DNA of 64,000 nucleotides, taken from Phoronis australis (Eukaryota > Animalia > Phoronida). The notes under the pieces were generated by a model. The model was not told the DNA's origin, searched no databases, and worked only from the letters and a program-made list of their open reading frames with translations. The position numbers were made by a program, and so were the translations under genes. Location: the NCBI GenBank assembly GCA_002633005.1, contig NMRA01000239.1:62001-126000 (forward strand), given 5' to 3'. The first letter of the stretch is position 1. Every line of letters begins with the position of its first letter. This document shows, piece by piece, positions 10,701 through 22,630 of this stretch.

Positions 10701-13700
10701 GCTGCCAACCCATTAAGGACATACTTTTTAATCTTCATGTTAGAAATCTGTATTTTGCAAGTGAAACTCATACGATTTCAAACATTTCGAGGAAATTTAA
10801 CTTTTATTGTGTGATACACCCAAAAACAACATTTTTCAATTTCAAGTCAAGTTTCAACTAAGAAAGCAACATTACGTAAAAACTCGGTCCATCCATCGAC
10901 ACCTGGGATATCAATGCTGAAGTCAGTGTGACAGAAACATGGTGAACTCCTTTCCAGTTTTCTAAATGCAATCTAATTTCTTGGAATATTCGTCTCCTGA
11001 ATTTATGCTCTCGACATCTCATCTTTGTAAAATTCCCAAAGCAGATGACATCCTACATTGCAAAGCCAAGTAAGCACTTTTTCATTGGCCATTCCTCCAT
11101 TCCTTCACAAAGGAACTCCAATTAACCAATTACAAAAGGAAAATCTTGAATGCAAATAACATTATACAGTGGAATTCAGGCTACATTCTCTAGGTCAGAT
11201 ATTGCGTTCTCGACTATATTGCCAGTTGCAAACATTAAAGTCATTTCAACACGCCATCTGTTGGCTACATCACGCGTCTCCACCATTACCAGAAGGCCCT
11301 GGGTTCGAGTCCCAGTCCGGGCAGAAATATTTTTGAACTTATATTCATTAGGTCACGTGATGTGGCCAACAGATGGCATGCAAACACAACATAAATGTTT
11401 GCAACATATTAGCCACGCCACGTTGAGATTGACATATTTATATATTGCCAGTGTGGCACTTCGAAATTCGGATAACTTTAAAGATGTTTTTAATTTCATC
11501 TGATTTTTTGATGAGAAATAAGTGCTCAAAATCCGTAACATTTAAAAACCCATGCGCAGCAATTCGTAGGCCCTAAAAGTATGTAGAATACAGATAAATT
11601 CTTAACAGTTAGAAGCCTTGAGAACACAAAATACAATGAGCAGCAATAGTGAATTACAGTACAGCCTATGAATACTCAGGGAATAAAAGGTTTGTAATCA
11701 AAAATAACAATTAAGGGCTGTTCCAGCAAAATCTGTATGGGATGGGGGGAAGGCACTTTTATTTCGTACCCACCGCCCATAATTTTCATTTATTTCTCCA
11801 ACCCATGACCCATAATTTTTTAATTATTTTTAATAGGTTAAAATATAAAATCCAACACTTGCAAACAAATTGCCTCCAGGAGGACCTGTTAAGAACTTAG
11901 ATGATTGACAGACAAGAACTAGTTGTCTTGTCCAATATTGTCAAAAATTAAAGTAGCCTGTGAACAATACTTTTGGCAGCCACCAGGTGTCTCTGTTCAC
12001 CATGTGTCTATAATTTCAATGAACATTTTTTCAATTATAAGGATCTATGAATCTCNTGCCAACCCATTAAGGACATACTTTTTAATCTTCATGTTAGAAA
12101 TCTGTATTTTGCAAGTGAAACTCATACGATTTCAAACATTTCGAGGAAATTTAAATTTTATTGTGTGATACACCCAAAAACAACATTTTTCAATTTCAAG
12201 TCATGTTTCAACTAACAAAGCAACATTACGTAAAAACTCGGTCCATCCATCGACACCTGGGATATCAATGCTGAAGTCAGTGTGACGGAAACATGGTGAA
12301 ATCCTTTCCAGTTTTCTAAATGCAATCTAATTTCTTGGAATATTCGTCTCCTGAATTTATGCTCTCGACATCTTTGTAAAATTCCCAAAGCAGATGACAT
12401 CCTACATTGCAAAGCCAAGTAAGCACTTTTTCATTGGCCATTCCTCCATTCCTTTACAAAGGAACTCCAATCAACCAATCACAAAAGGAAAATCTCGTAT
12501 GCATATAACATTATACAGTGGAATTCAGGCTACATCCTCTAGGTCAGATATTGCGTTCTCGACTATATTGCCAGTTGCAAACATTAAAGTCATGTCTGCA
12601 CGCCATCTGTTGGCTACATCACGTGTCTCCACCATTAGCAGAAGGTCCTGGGTTCGAGTCCCAGTCCGGGCAGAAATATTTTTGAACTTATATTCATTAG
12701 GTCACGTGATGTGGCCAACAGATGGCATGCAAACACAACATAAATGTTTGCAACATATTTGCCACGCCACATTGAGATTGACATATTCATATATTGCCAG
12801 TGTGGCACTTCGAAATTTGGATAATTTTAAAAAAGATGTTTTTAATTTCATCTGATTTTTTGATGAGAAATAAGTGCTCAAAATCCGTAACATTTAAAAA
12901 CCCATGCGCAGCGATTCGTAGGCCCTAAAACTATGTAGAATACAGATAAATTCTTAACAGTTAGCAGCCCTGAGAACACAAAATACAATAAGCAGCAATA
13001 GTGAATTACAGTACAGCCTATGAATACTCAGGGAATAAAAGGTTTGTAGTCAAAAATAACAATTAAGCAGACAATGATGACACATTTCCTTTAGCACTGA
13101 ACAAGATATATAAATATTCCTCAAACATCAAAAAGTCAAGTGTGTTCATTTTTTACGCCTTTTCACATTACTTTGTACTTCCAGATAAATTCTGTGTTAA
13201 TTTATGGAAAAGCTAGCTCAGTGTAAAACAATGTATTTTCCTGGTGTCACCAGAGAGAAAATTGATTAAGAAACTGAAATTTCACAAGTGAAAGGAGATT
13301 TCCGTTTCAAACCCATCACTTTTCAAAACTAGGAACTGCATGGTCGTCTTCTTCCTCAAAAACTCCAACACATTAACACCCACGGTCATAAAAAGCAAGG
13401 TTTTGTACACGCACAGTTCATTACAAAGATGCCACTGGTGCAGTTCAGGCTGGAATCTAACGTAATCGGTAAGACCTTAAATACTCGTTTAATCAATGAA
13501 AATCGTAACGACGTCGATTGTGACTACACTGAGGCCAAAAGTGAAGGAAACAAAAACCGAAAAATAAAAACCTTGTTTTTTCGGTCATTTCTGTTTCTTG
13601 ACCTTGACCGTCTGTGGCGTGACCTTGAATTTGACCGACGCGACCTGCTCCTTTCCAATGATCTTCTTCTCTGCAAGATCAACAAAACTGTTGCTGTCAA

Positions 13701-16700
13701 CAATGGCTTCATATTTCGGAGAAAAAATACAAAATCGAAAGTACTGACATCAAAGTGATCACACAACAGACAAAATCACTGCCACATTGGATGATGTTGC
13801 AAACAGCGTTATTTTCAACATGTTTAAACACAAGCATCTCATAAAAGGATAAAGACAGACATGCATGCAAACAAAACGAACATTTCAATACACAGTTGAA
13901 AATGCAACTACACCACTCCTAATTAGGACCAGCACTGACAATGTCTGACCTTACGATCACGTGACCTTGACCTTCTCCGCCTATCACGATGTCGTCTTGA
14001 TGCTGACCTTGACCTTGACCGTCTCTTTCTGTGTGGTGATTTACTACGCTTCCGAGATCGAGACCGTGACCGACTGCGTTTCCTAATTGGTGATGACTTT
14101 TTATCATTTTTTTGTTTTTTCTGTTCATTCTTGTTTGTCATGGGCTCCAGGACAGGTGGTGATGGCGATCGCGATGCACTGTGGTCAGATTTACTGCCTG
14201 ATTGCTTGTCATTGTCCGAGTGGGAGTCGTCGTCATCATCGTCATCGTTGTGACCATGGTCATCATCGTCATCAGACTCTGATTCTGAGATGGACATTTT
14301 CCGCTCGGTGCAGTCTGTGGTATCTATAAAAACAAACAAAGAAAGAACACTGTTTCACCGAGTCTTTTCATCAATACAACTAAAAACATCACTACAACAG
14401 CTCAAGATCAGAAAACTTGACAGATAAAAATAGAACAACTAAATTAATGTCAAGTCATATCATATCACTGAACTATTCACGAAGATCAAATCTGGCATGG
14501 AGAAAATATCTCAATTGACTTCATATTTTGAAGTAACTCTCAGGTACAACATAAATAAAGCTTTGCACTTTTAGTGGGAAAAACAACGGATGTTTATCTG
14601 AACCAAAGCAAAGCAAAGACAATTTGAAATGCATGTGCGTGAACACATCCCTCCTCACCTTGCGAGGTGGAGGGCTCAGGCTCCGAATTGAGTAATACTG
14701 CTGTAGTCTCGTCCAGGAACTTTTCCCACTCTGCATCCAACTGTGCCTGTGACGAGGCAGGATCCTTGGTGGAGGCATTGTGCTCTGTGAGAGGACTGGT
14801 AACACCAGAGTCCTGTAAAATACCAACAACAAACACAATAATTAACACGAGTCGAAATTACAAAAACACTATCGAAGATCACAGGTAAATTACAAAGTAT
14901 ATTGGTAGTAATAAATCTGAGCAAATACTCTAGTCGTAACTGACTCGATAACAAAAAAATAGTAAAATAGCACCATGTTCTCCATATGTGTGGTCACAGC
15001 TAAGTTACCAAAAAATCGGATGGACAACAAAATATCAAAAATTTAGATAAGACCATTAATTCTTGACATGAGACTGCACATGAAGGTGCTGTCGTCCATT
15101 AAGGAACTTGGCTACTGTAAGGGAAAACAAAAACTGCCAGGCGGGCGACTCTGCAGTAGTCAGATTTGTCCAGAAATCCACATTAGTTGCACTCTCCTCA
15201 ACAGGAACACATGCCAAATTTCATGAGGACCCATCAAGGAAATTGTACTGAGCCACATCATCAATCATGCACTTGCCTCTTTAAGAACACCTATGCCAAT
15301 TTTCATAGTGATCCTTAGTGTGATTTGGTCAATAGAGAGGAAGGTGCCAAAAACGACTCAATACAACAAAAAGGTGGCATACAATATGTCAAATCCATTC
15401 AAAAACGGGAAAGTGTTACAGTCTCTCTAAGGGAAACCTGTTTGACACCTTTCATGAATACACGTAAACAAACTCTGAAGATACAGAGACAAACGTAACA
15501 ATCGAAAGTTGCCACTAAAGGTACACCAGTGGTCGAATCTGTTCGAAAATTTGCTCATGCCGTCCCATCCACGATACCAAAATTTCACAAACATCCACCA
15601 AGGTATTTTAAAGATGCAGCAGTGGACGCCAGACAGAGGGAGATGACAGCATACGCACCGACACAAATGTACATATATGTGGTGCATAAAATGCAAATAA
15701 CAGCAGTACAATTATTAAAAAGCTCAATACAAGATATTTAAGCAAAGGAATGGGAATGGCAATTAAGTAAGTCCACTTAACTGCATTATTAACTTATTCA
15801 ACATTGGTTTAAATTTAAGTAGTCTTAACTTTACTGTACAGTCACACTAGTGTAAGAGTAGGTAAAGAATAAATAAAATTAGTCAGGATTCTGGTCGGGT
15901 CCCACTGACTATACTTACGATGTCGTTTCACCAGAAGCTCATTCAGTTACACCGTGCCTGGACTGGCTCTCAGTCAAGACTGACTTCAGGTTTTAGAGAG
16001 ATTTAAAGCAAAAAATAGTTGTAGTATTCTGACTATATCTTTGTTTTGGGCATCAAACAACAGGACAATTTAACTCAGATAACACATGAAACATTATGGC
16101 ATGCATTGCAACGTTCAGGGTAAAATGCATGGAAAGTTATGATATCCATTAACATGTAATCTTGAGTAAATGTACTAAATAGCACAGCACAAAGAGTACC
16201 CTTATCCAGACAGTCCTAAATTGGACACTTGGTAGTGCATACAAACTACACTGATTACAGCGAACTTCAGCCGCAACAAACTTCCAGAAAGGTATTGGAA
16301 GAGTTTGTTGTAACGAGGTTTGACAGTGCTAAATTTATGAAAACCACGGTGATGAGACAGTCTATTCCATTAGAACCGTGACTAATTACATGACATCCCC
16401 CCATTCTTTCAGTTATACCATAGTCAATGGATTAAATTTCTCAAGCATTGGCCCCTCATTCAAAATCAGTAGTTGAATGTTGAGATTTCCCAGTTCATCC
16501 TGGCATGCACAGTTTGAGCGTTTTCCCCACGTTCTGCCATGGAATGTGGATTCATTGATTGATATAGACATGGAATAGTGCAAGGTTGTGACACTTGACT
16601 TACAGGTTAATATAGTAGTCGAACAAAGCCTTTCCAAATCGCTTACCAATTGGCAAATGCCTATAACCAACTGGTTTGGACCCTCAACTCCCATACCAAA

Positions 16701-17433
16701 GATGCCTACCAATGATCCAAAGGTCAGTACAGGTCGATTTTTCTACAGTTATAATAAACAACTTTCAATGAAACTTGACATAGAGGAGTGTACGGTAAGG
16801 CTGCACCAGTTGAACTTCGAGATTAATAATTTGGCTCAGTGCACAACCTAATGCCCGTTCCAGAGGTGGTCTCAGCTACCAGTTTTGAGCAGATATCATC
16901 TAGTGCAAAGCCCCTTAAATTATTTTGTGTCTATCTTTGTTTGTATCTATTAAGTCTGAGGTCTTGCAAATATACTCAAGTTATGGAACGATCAAAACCA
17001 ACGAAAATCAATCGGTTCTTAGATCCGGATAAGGGTCTCTTCGTTCTGTGAAATTCAGGGACTACTACCTGAACATAAAATTCATGAAACAGAAAATAGT
17101 ATCCATAGTGAACTTCAAAAAGACCCCTAAAGACTGACGGTACAATCAGTGATTATAAAAGCGAATGAAATAATATTACAAATTATAAGAACTAGGCTAC
17201 TACGGCGGCCATTTTGTTTTAAGAATTCTGAACGTTTCAGCTTGGCTGACAAAAATACGCTTCACAGGGGAAAAAACAACATTCAATAGCAATTATTTTG
17301 ATTCAAAAACATCTTAAGTTACTAATACATTTAACTGTGTTCCAGTTACCTCGTTACCAACTTTCATAACGGGCGTATTTCGGGAAGATTGTTGACTTTC
17401 TCCGTCACTTTCGTACCCAACGAGAGACTCCAT
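7724..17433 (-). CDS. RSRC2: Arginine/serine-rich coiled-coil protein 2 (RS domain plus C-terminal SMAP domain), 8 coding exons, 480 aa
   Basis: Exons 17433-17350, 14812-14659, 14323-13950, 13670-13572, 10634-10439, 10199-10063, 9510-9385, 7996-7724 (1443 nt, phases consistent). RS dipeptide tracts, then the RSRC2-type motif TGVAVPKYYNPAAVNPLKYAEQVSKRKLLW and C-terminal KFKKLMGMK...LDREYEFARLATHTHRGVGLG. The last intron needs a GC donor. Confidence 0.9.
8731..8886. repeat. 52-bp minisatellite x3 within a dispersed repeat
   Basis: CATGTATTCAAATAGCCAGCCACCTAGTGCAGCGTATCTGGAAGCCGTATAG at 8731, 8783 and 8835. Downstream TTCAGTCCACTAA...GGTCAACTCAAC also occurs near 19790-19842. Confidence 0.85.
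10703..13066. repeat. Apparent tandem duplication (10703-11714 vs 12057-13066) across a single N; probably uncollapsed haplotypes
   Basis: Near-identical ~1 kb copies with scattered SNPs and small indels. The second copy starts immediately after the N at 12056. Confidence 0.85.
11715..12055 (+). mobile_element. PIF/Harbinger-like insertion present in one haplotype copy only (truncated by the N)
   Basis: AATTAA|GGGCTGTTCCAGCAAAATCTGTATGG at 11715, versus the empty site AATTAA|GCAG at 13061-13070. Confidence 0.65.
14980..15691 (-). mobile_element. Degenerate Helentron/HINE-like element (left boundary approximate)
   Basis: Shares core units (GCCAAATTTCATGA, TTGCCACTAAAGGTACAC) and the terminal ...GCACC...TGTGGTGCATAAAA hairpin with the copies at 22631 and 27468. 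Confidence 0.55.
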
Positions 17434-17616
17434 CTTGTATCGTGACGTCACTAAGCTTACGTTTGGTACACACGAGAACGTCTCAAAAGCGTATGATCTC
17501 GTAAGATCTCGCATAATATCACTGTGTGGTCCTAAGGAAAGCACGTGATCATTTGCTTCACTCACGAAATACTTGCGTCCGTGAAGCTTAACCCTCAGAC
17601 TCAATTATAGGTCAAG
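17434..17616. promoter_or_regulatory. Compact bidirectional promoter for RSRC2 and CCDC86
   Basis: Divergent ATGs 183 bp apart. CRE TGACGTCA at 17443-17450, E-box CACGTG at 17542-17547, and YY1-like CAAGATGG overlapping both start codons. CpG-rich relative to the flanks. Confidence 0.75.
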
Positions 17617-20600
17617 ATGGTGGACGTAAGTGTAATATGCACGTGAATATGTTTTGAGCCCATGCCAAAGCCAGACAATGGTAGAGGGTATCTCAAAAGA
17701 CAGAGGAAACGTGTTGTTAATTCGGAACACGTGTGCATATTGTGCCCTGTTATGAGTATTATGTATCGTCCTGAGTTGTATTTTGCCTTTCATTTTGATT
17801 GTCAGCAGTTGACGTCTGTATAGTTCACTAGTATGCCTGGTTGTTCACTACACTCTACAGTATAGTACGGTATTGACAACTGCTAGAAATGTGACATGAA
17901 GAATTTCTCTTAATAACAAAGCTGCATTGGGTCAACTTTCTCTATCTGTTCTATTTTGGCATTGTAACTTAAATTTTGGGCAAGAGTTTTTCATTATTTT
18001 TGGGAAGAACATTGCAAATGATATCTTCAATCTTGACTAAATTTATCAACAGATTTCAACTCAAGTAAACTTGACATAGGCACAGGCTAGGCTGGTGCTA
18101 GACTTTTTAAGATAGTAGCCCAATTGGCTAAATCATTGAAAACTTTTAGCCATTTTCAAAAATTATTAGCCAAATACCTTCTCTTTTCCCTCTCTATTCC
18201 CAACCTCCGCAATTGATAAAAATATGGTTATGTTACACGGACCAAACTTTTTGTTTTTCATGTTATGCACAGGCCCCTTTCATAAATGTACCATAAGAAA
18301 AAACGTTGGCCTTCAGAAAAAAATAGACATTCCAAAGTCATATAGCAATCGACCTAATAAGGTAGAGGGGATGGATCCAGCATGACAGTGTTCCCCCAAT
18401 ACCAGAGTTACTGCGTGTGTGATAAGGCCACATGGGCATATAAATGATGACCTTAAAAAAAAATTGAGCAGGGATTCACCCCTACCCTTGGGTTACGACA
18501 GAACCAAAATCAGGAAATTTTGCTTCAAGTTGTCATCATCTCTCAAAAGATGTCACTTTACCAATTTGAAACCAAAAATCAATGCTGGGATTGTTCCAAA
18601 TAATTTTCTCATTGCAACGAAGATAATGGAATATTCGGGTCCTGAATGTTCTCTACAAAAATGTTACAAATGACTTAGCTAGTGATTTTGATAGTGAAGG
18701 ATGAAGCCCCCATCCGTAACTGACCAGATATTACGGAATTAAAACAGAAACATCAAACCAATGTAATGACTGGTAATCTGGTTTCAGGAACCTACTTTAC
18801 CATATGTTGCACCAAATGAAATTCCAAGAGGAAGACCCAAGTCTGGACGACTGTGGAAAACTGCTAGAACTGCAAGGTAAAATGGTACCACCCAAGTATG
18901 AGTTGGAGATGGAAATAATGGAAAACTGTCGGTCTACCACCATTTACGTAACAATGAGTTCAGTTGTAACGAATTCTTGGTGCGATCACCCAACAATGAC
19001 ATAAATTGGTGAAGATCAGGGATGATTTAGCCTGTAGAACCTTTCAAGGCAGATGCTCTCCACTGACTTCACTGAACCAAATAAAGGATGCTCCTTTGAT
19101 TACTCTCGCGCCATTTTTTTCTGTGCTTCTGGGCACGAGCTTTGGAAATGTGAAGGGATTGCAGTAGAGAACTTATACAAAGCAGTGACATCAGATTTCG
19201 TGAAAATAGTGATCATCCCTAGTCAATAAGGGGGCAAGTTAATTTTGAGTAGGGTAAATTAACTTTCTCATGTTTTAGGCACTCTGATATCAAGAAAGAC
19301 AAACCGCTGAGGACATCATGGAAAAAGAAAATGGAGGAAAGAGCCAGACTGAAAAACATTAAGTTATACGAAAAGCAAATTAAAGAAGCCAAGATCCAGG
19401 AAAAAGAGGTAAGACCAGTCATAGGCCATTTGGTTCTCTCTGAAACTTGGCTTCAAGAATTCTATGGACTGTTCATATTAACGGCAAGCTCAAAATAAAA
19501 TTCTCACACTAAATTAGCTGATTAAAAACAATTATCCAATGTATGTGCATTGTTGTTGAAATACAACGTGATTGTGCTTTTGTTGATGATTTCTACCTAA
19601 AGTGATAAGAAGTGTCGACATTAAACAAGTAAGACTATTGATAAATTCACTGTTAGCTGAAAATAAGGATTACCGTCCCTCATTTCTCATTTTCCGCTGT
19701 CGAATGATCAATTTAGTGGGTGTAGTCGTCTAGCTGCATAGTTAGATCAGGGAGCTGTAACCAAGGAATGGCTCCGGGAAGCGATTCTCATTCAGTCCAC
19801 TAAAATTCTATTTCACTAAAATTCTATTTGCGGTCAACTCAACTTGAAACTTAAACGACTGTAGAATGCCCGGTCCAAAAGTTTTTGTCGCCGACTCTTA
19901 TCTTGTGCTGCATTAAGGAAGATCATGAGAAACTATCAAATAATTGTCTATACGTTGCATCGCTCTCCTCCTTTTTCCATGAAGAAAAGTGGGTCATTGA
20001 CTTAAGATGCTGCCATAACACACGGTTACCGGGGGTTTCTAAAAAGGGCCCATCACCTTGATGCACCAAAAATCCCGGATTTAACAAAGCGACGTAAACC
20101 AGGAGCTTATGACAACTTGGCCAAGATGAAATTATCAGAAGTTTAGTTTGTTGGTTTCTCGTTTTTCAAAGTTACACGAAAGTGAAACCAATTTCGATAG
20201 TTTCATGTACTAACCAGGGACGGATACAGGATTTTGGGATAGGGGAGGCCAGGGTAGAGTATTAGCCAGGATTTTGCCCGAACTGCCAAGTGGAATCTGG
20301 GAGAATTTTAAGGGGGGTGGCCATGGCCCTTTGGCCCCCCTCTAAATCAGCCACTGCTATCATAGAATTTTTTCAACACAATAAGTAGTCATTTTTGCTG
20401 TTAACTGAATCAGCAGTCACGATAGGAAAGCGGAATTTTGTGGTCAAGTACTGTAGTTCAAGTACTGTAGTTCAAGTACTGTAGTTCAAATACTGTAGTT
20501 AAAGTACTGTAGTTCAAGTACTCTAGTTCCGCTTTATGTGTTTTATGTTGTTCAGTATAAAGCTTCCAGTCAAGATTGTTACTCGTGTAACCAAATGTTC

Positions 20601-22010
20601 ATCGTCTCAAAAGCAAAAGAGGGTGCATTGGTGTCTTTGTGGACTTGTTTTGAATTTTCATTTGTTCTTTTAACAGTGACATACTGATGTTAGACCTGAC
20701 CACTAAGTGATTGCCCTCACTGTACGCGTAACACTTCCCTATCAGCTCATTTCTTGCGTACTCATTTGCAGCTTAAAAGAAAAAGGCAAGAAGAACACAA
20801 GAAACGAAGACTAGAAAATGAACGCAAGGCAGAAGTTGTTCAGCCGGTATGCTGTTTCTGAATTAATCATTTAACTTTTATATCTTAGTTTGGTGACTAG
20901 CCTTTCTTTTTAAAACGCTGCATAGGTGTTCTCACCAGCAGGTTGTCATTACATGCCTCTTTCTTATGTAACACAGTGCTTTTATCAATCAGTTTTTTTA
21001 TTTTTTTCGTGGATGACCGTTTTTTCCTTACGAGCAGCATTCTTTTCTCACTACTGTCAAGAAGCACAATTAAGCCTGTGCTGTGTACAGTTGTATCCTA
21101 GATGTTTGTATACTTGGCAACGGCAGTTGGTCGTGGCGTCAACCACTGGCTACTGCACACAGTTTTCCAAGTTGTTTCAGTGTTCAAATTTGATTGACAA
21201 AACCATGCGCCCAACGTCTGTGCAAAACTGGAAAATTTGCGACCCTCACATAAAATTTGGGGATTAGCATTCAGAAAACAAAGTCACAATTTAAATGGGG
21301 AGTATCGAGGAGAGCTTCAGCATGAATTTTGCGTGCTTGAGAGATGCGTGTGTGCAGTGAACTAGGTGTCCATTACTATTTACTTACACCATTGTCAGTT
21401 TTGAACTCTGTTTGAAGACCCGTATTTTGCACTCCCGCTCTTCTCTGCCATGAGAGAAGATTATATGGATTGTACAATGGTGGCGCTGTGCACACGATGG
21501 GCTTCACAGTCTTTTGTCCTTCTTTATAACGTCAGGAAGGGGTGAAATATGACATCCCGCATCCATGGATATTTATCCAGCTTATCCCACTTCATTCAAT
21601 CGGCATTGCTGCCCACGGTACAGCTGTAATACTTTCTCGGGACAACTTATATATGATATAAAATATAAAGTATTCAGACAACATATGCTAACATGTGATT
21701 TTCCATAAGAGTGGAAGCGAGGCTGCTGCTCTGCCTCCCGTATCTGGAGGTGTGCCGCTATTTCACACCTCACAACATGAGAAAGCGATCAATGCGGAAG
21801 GCGAGAATTCCAATCAATGTGCTGTTAAGGTTTTTCTAGACTTATACTTAATTAAAGTTCTGATTGATCTTAATCATATTCTGTTTCATATCATCGTCAT
21901 GTACACTTAACAACTATCATGACACAGCAGATTTTATTTTGTAGATAAAAAACTCTGCAAAGATTAAACGTATGAAGAAGAAGCAGTTAAGAATGATTGA
22001 AAAGAGATGA
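17617..22010 (+). CDS. CCDC86: Coiled-coil domain-containing protein 86 (Cgr1 family, nucleolar), 5 coding exons, 122 aa
   Basis: Exons 17617-17625, 18788-18876, 19279-19408, 20772-20846, 21945-22010 (369 nt). Motifs IPRGRPKSGRLWK, DKPLRTSWKKKMEER and [35 protein letters not shown] match the conserved CCDC86 C-terminal domain. The 9-nt first exon (ATGGTGGAC|GTAAGT) is less certain. Confidence 0.88.
20215..20356. mobile_element. Small MITE with CAG(T/G)GGCGGAT-type termini
   Basis: CAGGGACGGATACAGG...CTAAATCAGCCACTG. Related ends flank the N gap at ~43222 and ~43975-43988. Confidence 0.5.
20444..20527. repeat. 14-bp minisatellite x6
   Basis: TCAAGTACTGTAGT repeated six times with few substitutions. 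Confidence 0.9.
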
Positions 22011-22630
22011 TCGCTCAACGTACTCTACAGACATTTAACCTCATCAACTTCAAATGCAGCGGGTGTCTGGAGGACACTCGGTACACTCTTGTGTGACTCA
22101 TCTTTCACGTTAAATATTCATTGTACATCTGTGAAAATGTCATCTAAATAGTATCCCGTGTAGTTGAAATATCAGTGTACTTTTCATAATAGTCATCATG
22201 TGAACAATAGCGTATGTGGCTGGACCAGCGACATAAATCTACGAGTGTATGAAGCAAGTTCATTTTTTAAATGTTCAACCAAACAGAATCCCCTTGCTTC
22301 TGGTACCTTCTAATTGATTGAAATCGGAAATACTTCAACGGCCATCAACCTCAACAGTTCCCTATGAAAATGTGCCCGATATTACAAAACTAAGTCAATG
22401 AAAACAACACGTTTTCTTACCTCCGGGACAAAGGAGAGCTCTATCGCTGTGTAATTCGGGATGGCGCTATTTGTTCTCGTCTTTTGTGATTTTGTTTTTT
22501 AAAAGCAGATGAAAAAATACCACACCACCCCATCAGTTTGCAAAACAACCATAAGACCTGAACCAACTATAATGCTGTTTGGCCCTACTGTTAATTTTTG
22601 GGTGTGTCTGAGAATAGTTGCACAAAAGTG

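Noticed and set aside
11284-11325. tRNA gene suggested by GGTTCGAGTCC
   Set aside because: Only a T-arm/B-box-like fragment inside an inverted-repeat element; no D arm or acceptor stem.
11150-12855. Duplicated 117-153 aa ORFs (11150-11503, 12394-12855)
   Set aside because: They lie in an RSRC2 intron on the opposite strand, run across a hairpin repeat, and show no recognisable domain; the duplication is the haplotype artefact.
20444-20527. CRISPR-like repeat array
   Set aside because: Head-to-tail 14-mer without unique spacers, in a eukaryotic intron, with no cas genes.
22008-22151. Stop-codon readthrough or selenocysteine extension of CCDC86
   Set aside because: The TGA is followed by T rather than the favourable C, the downstream frame shows no homology, and no SECIS was evident.
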